Shown here: piece by piece, positions 50,181 to 62,276 of the stretch
Numbering within the stretch: the first letter of the stretch is position 1
How the letters are laid out: every line of letters begins with the position of its first letter
Assembly: GCF_036971445.1 (NCBI RefSeq)
Contig: NC_091480.1
Coordinates: 95,356,001-95,420,000 of the forward strand
From: Narcine bancroftii
Lineage: Eukaryota
Direction: 5' to 3'
DNA: 64,000 bases
The notes under the pieces: model-generated
What the model saw: only the letters and a program-made list of their open reading frames with translations
Told to the model about the DNA's origin: nothing
The model's database searches: none
Program-made: the position numbers and the translations under genes

Positions 50181-51204
50181 TGCAGTACGATTTCTGCTTC
50201 AAGAACAGAATTTTTTCCAGCCCTTCATCGAAGAGTGTTAAAGCTCTAAAAATACATATACTGTACCTGTAAGCATATATTTCAAACGACTGTATAAAAG
50301 AGTTATATTCAAATGCACTAATTTTTGCCTTACTTGATAAAGATCCTGAAGGGCAGCAGTCCGACAGAACTAGAATATGTTCTTCAGTAGTGGAATGACA
50401 AAACATTTGAATCCCTTGTCCAAAATCCTCTTTTTGTTCACGCTACTTTTCCTGCTTCCTCGTGGTATCGTTCAACATGGAGCATTCAACAAGTGAGAGA
50501 GGACAGTAGGTGGTAATCAACTACCTCCTGCCATATGTCCACTCCCTCATACTTCTTCATTTCAGGTGGGTCTGTCTGATTGGTGGTGAGAGGACATTGG
50601 CAAGAAATGTGATGCAGAGAAGGCTGAAGATGTCTTGTCTGTAACATGATTCGGGGTGTAGAAATATTTAAAGTTGTTGCTTTCAGTTGTGTATTGAAAA
50701 GCTGTCCCAAATTAAACACCAGCCAGAGATGTCTGTAAAAAGTAAAAAGATTTGCGCTGTCAATATTGTGTCACCAGGTCAATGCAAGCTAATATGATCC
50801 ATTTTAAAATAATGGCAATTATACAATTCAGTGGCTTGTTAGGGCCATTTTATGAGGCTAAAGTCAGATCAGACTAAACAAGGTGACAGATCTCCTTCCC
50901 TGAAATAAAAGATAGTAAACTACTTTTTTTTTCCATATGAAGATAACACATTTAGACATTTTTAATTTTGTGATTGGACTTAACTTGGTTAAGTTAATAT
51001 CCACATTAACACAAGGAACTTTTGTATAGGACAGTAAAGCCTAATCATCACTCATCCCATTACACATCAGTGTCTGAAGTCCATGGAGCAGCATGGAAAA
51101 GCTTGATCAGATGAATTGTCGATTTTCTTTTGAGAATTGTGCTATGGATGAGACTAGTTACATTGAAGGATGGGCACAGAGAAAGTGAGATGAACAAAAC
51201 TCTA

Positions 51205-53240
51205 TTTAACCATATAACAATTACAGCATGGAAACAGGCCATTTTGGCCCTTCTAGTCCACAATGAACTAAGTACTCTCCTCTAATCCCACCTACCTGCA
51301 CCTTGCCCATAACCCTCTGTTCCCTCCCATCCATATACCTATCCAAAGTTTTCCTTAAATGACAAAATTGACTCTGCCGCCACTACTTCTCCTGGAAGCT
51401 CATTCCACACAGCCACCATTCTGAGTAAAGAAGTTCCCCCTCATGTTACTTCTAAACCTTTGTCCCTTAACTCATGAACTTTGTTTCAATCTACTCTCAA
51501 TGGAAAAAGCCTATCGACATTGTGACAGATTATGTTATATTTTATATTGTATATAGATATGTTTTATAGGAGATAAATTGTGGCAGGTTTTTTTTATATA
51601 AAGTGTGGGTCACATACAAACACTTCAAAGCAGATCTCATTTAAAATGCCAGAGCTTGGCTCAAACCAGACAGTTCAGTGCCTTTCCAAAAACATTGAAG
51701 ATTGCCTATCAGGACTTCACAAGTAGATGTAAATTGGACAAGCTGTGGAGTAACAGACTGCTTTGGAAAGCAAGAGAAGAATGAACTCAGAAGATTTGGG
51801 ACTGGAACAGGACAAGCTTGTGGAAAAACCCCATTTTGAAGACAGGTTGTGAATTCTTAGTTCAGCCTGGTCAAAGCACTTATGGTCCATACAAGAGAAG
51901 ATGGCTGGCTACATAATGTTTCACTTGAAATAGGGAAACAAAAAGGAACTCTGTTGTGACCTAAAAGAAAGAGGTTATCATCTGGAAAACCCTGATGGGG
52001 CAAGTTTCTTTGGCAAGACATTGAAGTGGCTGATCAGAAGAAAGGAATCAGTTGTGGGTGTCCAACGAGCAACAAATCTCTCTCTGAAAACCGACAAGAA
52101 CCTCCCTGTATATACATGTGCACTGAGAATTAGAAGGCAGTTAATAGTAATAAGTTAAAGTTTGATTCTGTTTTCATGTTTAAAGATAATTAAAAGCACC
52201 TTTTGTTTAAGTAACTATTTGTCTTAGTTAATTTCTATTGCTGCTGGGTTTTGGGGTGCTATGGGCCCATAACATCAACTCTATGTATCCCTCTCATAAT
52301 CTTAAATACCTCTATCAAATCCTCTCTCAACCTTCTATGTTCCAAAGAACAAATTTGCTGAATTGCAGGTAACATTTTCACAAATCTTCTCTGCACTCTC
52401 TCTACCTTTTGATATCCTTCCTATAATTCAGTGACCAGAACTGCTCACAATACTTTAAATTTGGCCTCACCAATGCCTTGTACAGTATCAACATCAATTC
52501 CCAACTTTTGTATTCTATGCTTTGATTTGTATAGGCCAACATATTAAAAACCTTCAACACCCTATCCACATGAGATTCTACCTTAAAGGATTGATGCACT
52601 GTTATTCCTTGACCTTTCTGCTGCACTGCATTCCTCAATGCCCTCCCATTTACTATGTACGTCCTGCTTTAATTATTCCTACCAAAATGAAGCACCTCAC
52701 ACTTATCAGCATTAAACTCCATCTGCCACCTTTCAGCCCACTCTTCCAAGCAGCCCAAATCCCTCTGCAATCTTTGAAAATCTTCACTATCCACAATTCC
52801 ACCTATTTTAGTATCATCTGCATATTTACTAATCCATTTACCACCCCATCACCAGATCATTCGTGTATATGACAAACAACAATGGGCCCAATACAGATCC
52901 CTGAGGCACACTACTGGTCACCACCCTCTAACCTGACAGTTAACCACTACAACTCTCTAACAACTCCCTTCCAGCCACTGTTGAAACCAATTGACTATAT
53001 CAAAATTAACATCTAATGACTGAATTTTCCTAACTAACCTTCCATGCAGAACCTTATCAAAGGTTCTACCCTCATCAACATTCTTCCAAAAATATTGAAG
53101 AAGATTGGTCAAACGTGACCTTCCACACACAAATCCACATTGAGTGTTCCTGATCAGACCCTGTCTCTCCAGATACTTGCATATACATTCTCTAAAAATG
53201 CTTTCCATTAATTTACCTACTACAGACGTCAAACTTACAG
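51205..53240 (-). mobile_element. CR1 LINE ORF2 (RT to 3' end), split by the LTR-like copy 3
   Basis: TSVVGKLMESI..LERQGLIRNTQCGFVCGRS.LTNLL, FDKVLHGRL, LYKALVRPNLKYCEQFWS. Confidence 0.88.
51521..52274 (+). mobile_element. Solo-LTR-like repeat, copy 3 (internally deleted)
   Basis: TGT...ACA; colinear with 41579-42595; cleanly interrupts CR1, which defines its ends. Confidence 0.75.
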
Positions 53241-53574
53241 ACTAATAACTTATAATTTAGGTTTCTAGAACTCTCAGTATTTGTAATTGATATTTAATTA
53301 GAGATATTTTGATTGTAAGAATCATGAAGTCACGATACAAATAAACACAAATACTTACAACGATAACAGAAGTGCTTAAGGCAATTGGGAAAAATCGTGA
53401 AATGGGAGAGAGAACCAGCGACATACGATATCCTGAGGAAACCTGAAATAAAATTATCTTACTGCTGGCGTTACTTCCTTGCTTTGAAACATTTATTTCA
53501 TTAGTTGTTCCTGAAGAACACTGCAAAACACTGGTTAAACTCTCAGTAGGAACCAACCGAGTGGGAAAAACACA

Positions 53575-53769
53575 CAGACGGCGGGGCGAGTGAGCAGGGA
53601 ACTGCTACAGTCTCTTGTAACCAATTGATGATACGTCACCGCAGCCGCCCATTGGCTGAGCGAAGGCGCGGGGCCTGGATCTGTCCAATCCAGAGCCGAT
53701 GCTCACCGGGAAGCAGCTGTGAGTGGTGGTTAGTTTCCATTTGAAGCTTTGGCGGTGCGAGATGTGGCG
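53575..53769 (+). promoter_or_regulatory. RDM1 CpG-rich TATA-less promoter
   Basis: GC box about 53580, CCAAT 53621, ATTGG 53651, CCAAT 53685, CRE half-site TACGTCA 53632, CHR TTTGAA 53740, E2F TTTGGCGG 53748. Confidence 0.7.
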
Positions 53770-53892
53770 ATGGCTGTGAACGTTGTGGGCGCGGTGCAGG
53801 CAGAAGTGGTGGAGTTTCGCGTTCCCACTGGAAACGATAAAACTCTGTTTGTCTGCAACCTTCTCCCCAGAGGCTCTGAGGCTGAAATTTAT
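53770..53892 (+). CDS. RDM1: RDM1 exon 1
   Basis: AEVVEFRVPTGNDKTLFVCNL resembles mammalian MAELVPFAVPIESDKTLLVWEL; strong Kozak ggcgATGg; |gtgaga donor. Confidence 0.85.
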
Positions 53893-53896
53893 GTGA

Positions 53897-54590
53897 GAGA
53901 GGGGAAAAGGGAGGGGGAGAGGGGAAGAGGGGGAGAGGGGAAGAGGGGGAGAGGGGAAGAGGGGGAGAGGGGAAGAGGGGGAGAGGGGAAGAGGGGGAGG
54001 GGGGGAAGAGGAGGGGGGGGGGAAGAGGAGGGGGGGGGAAGAGGAGGGGGGGGGAAGAGGAGGGGGGGGGGAAGAGGAGGGGGGGGAAGAGGAGGGGGGG
54101 GAAGAGGAGGGGGGGGGGAAGAGGNNNNNNNNNNNNNNNNNNNNNNNNNNNNNNNNNNNNNNNNNNNNNNNNNNNNNNNNNNNNNNNNNNNNNNNNNNNN
54201 NNNNNNNNNNNNNNNNNNNNNNNNNNNNNNNNNNNNNNNNNNNNNNNNNNNNNNNNNGGGGGGGGGGAAGAGGAGGGGGGGGGAAGAGGAGGGGGGGGGG
54301 AAGAGGAGGGGGGGGGGAAGAGGAGGGGGGGGGGAAGAGGAGGGGGGGGGGAAGAGGAGGGGGGGGGGAAGAGGAGGGGGGGGAAGAGGAGGGGGGGGGG
54401 AAGAGGAGGGGGGGGGGAAGAGGAGGGGGGGGGAAGAGGAGGGGGGGGGGGAAGAGGAGGGGGGGGGGAAGAGGAGGGGGGGGGGGAAGAGGAGGGGGGG
54501 GGGAAGAGGAGGGGGGGGGGAAGAGGAGGGGGGGGGGGAAGAGGAGGGGGGGGGGGAAGAGGGGGGGGGGGGAAGAGGGGGGGGGGGAAG
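53897..54590 (+). repeat. Pure-purine G-rich repeat (AAGAGGA-Gn) filling RDM1 intron 1, containing an N gap at 54125-54257
   Basis: Only G and A outside the gap; G runs of about 4-12. Confidence 0.95.
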
Positions 54591-54627
54591 AGCAGAATTG
54601 TTACAACGGATGTTTCCTTGTTTGTAG

Positions 54628-54810
54628 GATTACCTTTTCAAAACTTTCTCTGAATATGGGCTCATCTACTTTTTGCGAGTATGTAGAAATGCTCCTGTGG
54701 TGGCTGAACCAGGTTATTATGCCATTGTCAAATATTATTCAGCGCTGAGTGCCAGCAGAGCACAGAAAGTTACAAATGACCAGTGTTTATTTCAAAAAGT
54801 GCCCTTGAAG
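54628..54810 (+). CDS. RDM1: RDM1 exon 2 (RRM)
   Basis: DYLFKTFSEYGLIYFLRVCRNAPVVAEPGYYAIVKYYSA...LFQKVPLK; 183 nt. Confidence 0.93.
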
Positions 54811-55604
54811 GTGAGCAATATTTTAAAGTGGCGTGGTTCATTACATGTCTGTTTTGTGCTATTGAAAAATTATTTTCTCCAGAGTAAAATACTGTAACAA
54901 CTCGTTTTCCAACACCCAAAAAAAAAATCAAACCTGGTAGCATTTGTGGACAAAACCTAATTTATTGACATTTCTGAGGAGGTGAACCCCTGGCATTAAT
55001 TAGCGTTTTAATGTATTTTTCCCTGTCTCTTAATTCCTTTGTTTCTCTATTGTTAGCTTTGCTTGGATTTAATGATTCCTTGGTTGTTTTTGGCTGTTCC
55101 GTGTTGTGAAATGGTTCTGGAAATTCCCTTTATTGAATTAAGTATAATAACATAATTTAATACATTTTTTTGCAGTGAGGGATTTTTCTACTTGTGGACT
55201 TTAAATATTTTATTGGTGTTTTACTACTGTGTGCCACTTCATTTTTTTAATGATACTTTCCTGTCTTGATATTAGTTACACCTTCCCAGCCTGTCCCACA
55301 GGGCTGGTCTTGAGGATGGAGATGTACAAAGTTTTGTTTTGGGATAATAACTTTGATAGTGGAAGTAGAATGACAAGGTTGGAATATATAATTTTAAGAA
55401 TGAACATTAAATAGATTTGACACCCATGACCCAGCTACTCTTCCTAATTTATTTCTAGCTTCATAGTAGTCGTGTCTGGCATGAATCAGCCCAGCTCTGT
55501 CTGTAGATGTTTGCATATTTTTATACTGAGGTCTGAAGAATGCCATGTACTTTACAATTGAAAGATAATAACAAGTTTGAACTAGAATGTCCTTATTTAC
55601 TGGT

Positions 55605-56417
55605 GTAAGACTCGAAGGCCTGCGAATATTGTAGTAGAAGGACTACTACTACTGGGGAAACTCAGCAGGTTAAATGCCCATGCTCCATTAGAGTGAAGAT
55701 ACACAACCAATGTTTTGTACCTGAGCCCTTCAAGATGTGAGCAAAATTGGGGGGGTGAGGGAGAGAGGAGCACAGAGCCACTGGTAAGAGTTCGCATGTG
55801 GATGAGGGAGAGCAAAATAACAAATGGGAAGAGGGGTGGAAAGCTGGAGCATAGGGGATGGAGTTGGGAGGGAGAACAGGGAGTGGGCTGGCAGAAAGCA
55901 GAGACCTCTACTTTAAGGCCATCTGGTTGGAGAGTGCCCAGGCAGAATATTGGGTGTTGCTCCTCCAATTTACAGGTATCTTTGGATTGGCGGTATATTG
56001 ACGACGTGGACAAGGGAGTGGAGCACAGAACTGATGGACACAGAGCAAAGATGCTCAGCGAAGCGATCTCCCAGCCTCTCGGATGTAGAGCGGGCCGGAA
56101 CAGGAGCACTCGACGCAGTAGATGACTCCTGCAGATTCACAAGTCAAGTGCTGCTTCATTTGGAAGGGCTGTTTGGGGAGGGCAAATAGTAGTGAGGGAG
56201 GAGGTGTGGGTGCGTGTGGTTCTTCCTGTGGTCATGGGGGAAGGTGCCAAGGGGAGGCAATTAGTGGGAAGGGATCAATAGACAAGGGAGGCACAGAAGG
56301 AGCAGTCCCTATGGAAGGTGGAGATGTGTCTGGTGGTGGGAACCTGTTGTAGCTGACAGAAATTGCAGAAAATAATGTTTGTTGTGGAGGCTAGTGGGGT
56401 GGTAGGTGAGGACAAGG
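55605..56417 (-). mobile_element. PLE 3' fragment
   Basis: KLEEQHPIFCLGTLQPDGLKVE (GIY-YIG C-terminus) plus terminal repeat. Confidence 0.8.
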
Positions 56418-57320
56418 TGTAATGGATTTGTGTTAATGTTAAACTATTTTATAAAAAATGTCTTGGTAAAGTACATTATAGAGTTAATGTTGTATCTATT
56501 AGTAAATTAGCTATGGGTTAGTACAGGATCACACGCAGGTCATAACACATTTATAGAGAACCATTGTTTTCCGAGAAGAGTGTTCATTCTCAGAGTCGAA
56601 GCATCTTGGACCGAGAGAACTAATGGATTTCAAGTCTGTCTTAATTATTCAAGAACTGCTGAAAAGCCATTTTTTTTTTTAATAAAAGCCACTTGAGCCT
56701 CTTGAAAAGAGATGAGGTCAGAGGTTGTGGATATGATGTGGTTTTGAAAAAGGAACAGAAGTTTGGTAAAATAAAACTGAGGTTCGTGTTGTTTGCAGGA
56801 ATTAGGACTCACCTCGTCTATGATGTAACTGTCACATGACTTGGAGAAATTTATTACCAAATTCAGACATTTTGTTTCAGTTTTGGAACAGTTCAGATTG
56901 GAGTTCATAAAAGTCAAAACCCTGTGATATACTGTGGTTGGAACCTTGTGAAAGACAAGGTTGAGTTACAGTAGCCAGAATTGGTGCTGTTTGTTGTGCG
57001 TTAGACGTGGAAGAAGGGGAACACCGAATCAGTGGCTTTTGAATTAACGAAGACCACTTTGCTCTCTTTGGAAAAGAGGAGAGAATTCTTCTGGGTCTAT
57101 TTTTGTGTTTGACCCTTGTCTGGTTTGTGGCTTCATCATGGAAGAAGATAACCACAGTTTAATCCTTGTCTGGGTTTGTGAATTAATTGTGGTTGTATAG
57201 AAACTATTTTGTCCATCCAACCATGCTTCCCATATAATTTTTTTTGGACTGCTGTCTGTGGATCTTCCAAACTGCTCCATGCTTTGTCCTCTCAGACAAT
57301 GATAATTGCATATAGTCACA
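56418..57320. mobile_element. Possible solo LTR (about 900 bp)
   Basis: Starts tgt exactly where the PLE breaks off and ends ...gtcaca; single copy, no target-site duplication seen. Confidence 0.3.
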
Positions 57321-57661
57321 TCATTATTTTCAATTGAAATAAAGATATTGCTGGTCTAAATTTTCTGTAAATTGCACTATTTTAAATAACAGGAAAAGAC
57401 CTTGCAGTATGTATGCAGCTACCTTGAAAATGAGGGTGAAAACTCCAGTGAATTGAATGCAGTCTTATTCCAATTTTCAATTTGTTTAAATGGACTTCAT
57501 GAAGCCATATAATGAAAATATAAAGATGCTAACGTTGCAAATTTTACCTTATAATGACTCCAAAGTTGTAGTTGTCGTGAGTTGTTCTTTGTAGTCTCCT
57601 GTAAATATCCAATGCAATATATCTTGCTATTAATAGTAATGCAGTTTTAATTTTTGTACAG

Positions 57662-57793
57662 GTTCAAATGTGCACAAAGCAGCGATCTGTGGCAGAGTTT
57701 CGAGAGAACCAACCACCTCTAAACAGTATCAAATGCCAAGAATTGGCTAATTACTTCCTTGGTTTCAATAAATGGTCCAGTCGCATAATTGTG
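57662..57793 (+). CDS. RDM1: RDM1 exon 3 (RAD52-like RD motif)
   Basis: LNSIKCQELANYFLGFNKWSSRII; tttttgtacag| and |gtaagt. Confidence 0.95.
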
Positions 57794-58081
57794 GTAAGTC
57801 GAATGAGGATTCTGTTCAAGGTAGCATAAAACAATTTACATTTGAAGTATAACTTGATTTGATATCTCTGTAGAAATTATTCCAGATCATTACTTCCAAG
57901 GAATTGTTTTGTATTTGTTTTCAGAATGTGAGCATCACTGACAAGATGTGCCATTTATTCTCCATCACTAACTGTTTTTCATAAGGTAGTTTTGGTTCCT
58001 TTAAGCACTGTGGTCCTTCTAGTGAGCCTGTGTGGTTGGGTAGAGTTCCAACATTTTGGAGTCTGTTTTAAAAAAAATAAT

Positions 58082-58615
58082 AATTTTTTTTTTTTCACAC
58101 TATGAACCATATTGACCAAAATACACACAAACATTTCCCTCTTGAATGTACAGTGTCATTTTCTCCCCTTTTATTTTCCCTCCCTCCTTCCCACCCCCCC
58201 CCCCACTCCCCACCCACTAAATGTTCAACATATACAATGCATTAAACCCATTAAACTATGTCATCACACAATGAAAATAAACAAGAAAATTGTGTCATCT
58301 ACTTTTACACACTGGGTCAGTTCACTTCGTCATCTTCTCATTCTGTCCTTTTAGGGGGTGGAGGTCCGCGGTAGGCCCTCTCTGTTGTGTTCCATGTACG
58401 GTTCCCAAATTTGTTCGATTACTGTGATGTTATTTCTTAAATTATGTTATTTTTTCCAATGGAATACATTTATCCATTTCTATGCACCATTGCTGTATTC
58501 TCAGGCTCTCTTCTGATTTCCAGGTTAACATTATACATTTTTTGCTACAGCTAAGGGTATCATAATAAATCTTTTTTGTGCTTCATCCAAATCGAGGCCA
58601 AGTTCTTTACTTCTC
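58082..58615 (-). mobile_element. L1/Tx1-type LINE 3' end with poly(A)
   Basis: Poly-T head on the + strand; minus strand reads W..EMDKCIPLEKIT...FEQIWEPYME. Confidence 0.65.
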
Positions 58616-59327
58616 TGATACGGAGGGCTGACTGTGTAATGAATTTAAAATTGATAGGTATGCCTCATGGTGTCTTTCTTGCGCTCACTTCCCCTAGCTT
58701 CAGAACCTGACTACACCTCTGGGGCGTCATGGAATGAAGGCACCATTCAGGCAAAGACTGAAGAATTGAGAGAGGGGACGAGATGGGAAGTGTAATCATG
58801 GTAGTTGGTGGGTTTGTATAGCAAACCATATTTAATTTTGGATATGTCCTGGACATTACAGGCCTTTCCAGCCCAAGCCACTTAAATATCCCAATGAGCC
58901 TACAGCCCACATCCATTTTGAAGGGTAGAAGGCATGAGGAGAATGTACAAACTCCTTGCAGACAGCGCGGGATTCGAACCAGAGTTCCTGGCGCTGTAAT
59001 GGTGTTACTCTAACTGGTATGCTGTTGAGAGCTCATCGTGGGTATGAGGAGCAATGTAACAGAAATGGGGGAGGGGGGGGAGAGAAAGTGTTCTCTTTTA
59101 GTGCTCAAGAATACTGGCTTCTTCACAAAGATAAGGCAATAATTTTCATCCAGAAATTAATTTCTCAAAATGTTAAATCTGGGCACCCAGTGTTTGAAAC
59201 GACTTGAGTACATGATCATTTGATACTTTTCTGGCCTTTTATAAATTATGCCTCTGTCAAGTACAAGAACAGTCTCTCCTTTGTTGTAGTTCTCAGTCAC
59301 CATCATAATTCGTCTCCTAACTCACAG

Positions 59328-59499
59328 CTACAGAAGATTTCTGATACAGATGGACGTGAAGAAGACTCGCAAGAAATGGTGCAGGCACTGAAAAGGAGTC
59401 TAAAGTACCTTTGCATTATGGAAGTTAAGTTCAAACATTATGATGTGTGTTGCAGAGGTATCGGGGTTTCAGAGGTATCTGATACCCAAGATGCCACTG
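59328..59499 (+). CDS. RDM1: RDM1 exon 4
   Basis: LQKISD...SLKYLCIMEV...CRGIGVSE; 172 nt, phase 0-1. Confidence 0.9.
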
Positions 59500-60004
59500 G
59501 TAAGAAATAATTAGCTCTGAATAGAGAAATTTGTTTTGTAACATCTCATTTTCATTCATGCAGATCAATTTCTTTAAATGTGAGTAAATGCTTTAAATTT
59601 CTGATGGCATTGGTTAAAGGGCTAGTATCAATATAAAATTTGGCACGTCTGAAAGGGTGACCGCTTCAGCTATACAGCCCTGCATCTGCACTCTGCCGTT
59701 TAAACGTGTCCTGGAGTACTTGTAGCTGAGACCTAGATTGCACCTAGATTGCAAACTCCTTCTTAATAACAAACTATTAGTCGTAAATTTAAAGTTTACT
59801 GTTGCATTTTGTTTTCATATGAGAAAGATGACTTTTAAAATCTACGTTCTCTATTTAGTACAAAACCAAACCATGGATAACACAATAAATATCAGACTCC
59901 GTTCACAATAATTAAAAAAAAATAGAAACCTGTATTTTATTAGAATTGGGACAAAGGGCAAAACATTAGAATTCAGAATAACCCATCTGTCCAATGAGGT
60001 GAAA

Positions 60005-60235
60005 AGTAAAACGCAACATTCTGTGGACACCGTAGTTGAAGTAAAAACACACCATGCTGGAGAAACTTGGCAGGTCAAACAGTGTCCTTTACGTAGCTTA
60101 ACTGGCATTGCGGGCTTGAGCCCTTCAAAGTATGGGTCTTTGATGAAGGGCTCAAGCCCTCAATGTCAGTTACGTATCTCTGCTTTTACTACATAAAGGA
60201 CGCTGTTTGACCAGCTGAGTTTCTCCAGCATTTTG
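60005..60235. mobile_element. Fold-back PLE-terminus element
   Basis: gggcttgagcccttca / tgaagggctcaagccc core; arms atgctggagaaact...ggtcaaacagtgtccttt / aaaggacgctgtttgacc...agtttctccagcat. Confidence 0.75.
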
Positions 60236-60654
60236 GTTGGGTTTTTTTAATTAACTTTGTTACCCTCAAAAATAAATTGGAAATTGTGAGGTTTTGATCA
60301 GATCGATGGGGAGAGTCTATTTTAAGTCTGCTCTGAGGTAGATTAATTTAAATTGGATTGCCTCAGTTGCAATATGAAGTTGGTCTGTCAGTCTTTACTG
60401 GACAAGCCTGGTCCTTGGTTCTTCCAAAGTTAAGGTGCAACTGCCAAGACTTCAATTCAATACCAAATGAATAGAATCCTTTTTGTTCACCGCGACTAGT
60501 TTCTCATACCGACTCAACTACAGTAATGTTCTTCACTCCCATGTGTTGGAGGTACAGTGTTGTAAGCCTTTTAGATGAGACCTTCACTAGAAGGGCCCTA
60601 ATTAAATGGTCACCGTGAATTTAAGGAATAAGCTTCGGGTTCCATTTGAATCAG

Positions 60655-61348
60655 TGTTTAGATTTATTGTCAGAGTATATAAATGACATCACGTACAACC
60701 CTGAGGTTCTTTTTTCCAGCAGTTGTAGCAGAGTCCACTGGCAGTGCAAAAAGTAAACTGCACAATCTACACGGAGTCTGATGGTGGGGGGGTGGTGTGG
60801 GAAGCAGCTATTCCTGAACCTGGGGGTGCAAGTCTTGTGGCACCGCTACCTCTTTCCCAATGGCAGCAGCGAGAGCCAAGCACGTGCTGGATGGTGTGGG
60901 TCCTCGATAATTGATGCTGCTCTCCAGCAGCAGCGTTCTCTGTACATTACTTGATAGTGGGGAAGGTTTTGCCTGTGATGCCCTCGGCTATGTCCACTAC
61001 ATTTTAGAGGGCTTTGTTCCCATAGCACACTTTCCACCACACCTCTGTAGAAATTGGCCAAGGTTTCTGGTGTCATACCAAACCTCTGAGGAAGTAGAAG
61101 CGCTGACGTCCTTTCTTCACGATGCCATTGGGGCGTTTGGTCCAGGACAGATCCTCTGAGACGGTGACTCTGAAGAACTTGAATTTGCTCTCTTTCTTCT
61201 TCCCCCCCACCCCCCCAACCAATGATCACTGGATTGTACACCTCTGGTTTTCCTTTCCTGAAGCCATCAATCAGTTCCTGAGTTTTGGTGACATTGAGTG
61301 CAAGGTTGTTACTGGTGCACCATTCAGCCAAGTTTTCAATCTCCATCT
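60655..61348 (-). mobile_element. Rex1/Babar LINE 3' fragment
   Basis: EIENLAEWCTSNNLALNVTKTQELI.FRK, FGMTPETLANFYRGVVESVL, LLPLGKR. Confidence 0.85.
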
Positions 61349-61507
61349 TGCATGTGAATAGTTACTCGCTTTCCTAAATGTGGCAAAATATAGAGCTTAT
61401 TGAAGCTGCTTAAATATGTTTTTTTCTGATGTGCCTGCAGTGATATTACTAGCATTTATGGATTTCCAATTCACTGACTAATGAAAATCTTTTTTTTTCT
61501 GTTGCAG

Positions 61508-61606
61508 ATCCATTGGATTGTGCATTGATGCTTGAAAGGACTCAAAAATCTGCAATACAGAAAGCTTTATCAGATGCATTCCAGAAGGTGGTCCTTGTTG
61601 TTCTAG
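61508..61606 (+). CDS. RDM1: RDM1 exon 5
   Basis: TQKSAIQKALSDAFQKVVLVVL; 99 nt, phase 1-1. Confidence 0.95.
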
Positions 61607-61957
61607 GTGAAGCTTTTCACTATCCCAGATTTGACAGCCAAAGCAGAGTGATGAGTGGAAAAGAGACCTCACCCAGGTCTTGCAGGAAGAGTTAACTAGA
61701 ATCGAAAGGAGAGCAAACAAATTTTAACGTCTGTTCTAAATATAAAAGTGCTAGTTAATTTTTGTTTTTCCACTTTTTTTTGGTGCCTTTCCTTAATTCA
61801 AACAGTTGGATTGCATTGATTTGTTGTGAATACAAATGACAAAGTAAATTAACTTGCCCCCCTTTTAAAGGAACACAACTAATTGCAGAACTTGTATCAA
61901 ATGATACACACATCAAACTGAATGAGTGGCATTCGAGCATTCCACTCCACTAGTCCC

Positions 61958-62276
61958 TGTCTTCTTTGGCTTGGCTTCGTGGACGAAGATTTATGGAGGG
62001 GTAATGTCCACGTCAGCTGCAGGCTCGTTTGTGGCTGACAAGTCCGATGCAGGACAGGCAGACACGGTTGCAGGGGAAAATTGGTTGGTTGGGGTTGGGT
62101 GTTGGGTTTTTCCTCCTTTGTCTTTTGTCAGTGAGGTGGGCTCTGCGGTCTTCTTCAAAGGAGGTTGCTGCCCGCTGAACTTTGAGACGCCAAGATGCAC
62201 GGTTTGAGGCGAGATCAGCCCACTGGTGGTGGTCAATGTGGCAGGCACCAAGAGATTTCTTTAGGCAGTCCTTGTA
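61958..62276 (-). mobile_element. RTE LINE 3' end
   Basis: Near-identical to 4794-5110. Confidence 0.85.

Noticed and set aside
41579-52274. Provirus that captured GH between two LTRs
   Set aside because: GH keeps its introns and its position next to CD79B; no PBS, PPT or gag-pol seen; the downstream copy is independently inserted in a CR1.
53749-54627. 292-aa RGG-rich protein
   Set aside because: RDM1 exon 1 read through into the intronic purine repeat across an N gap; the stop is the splice-acceptor TAG.
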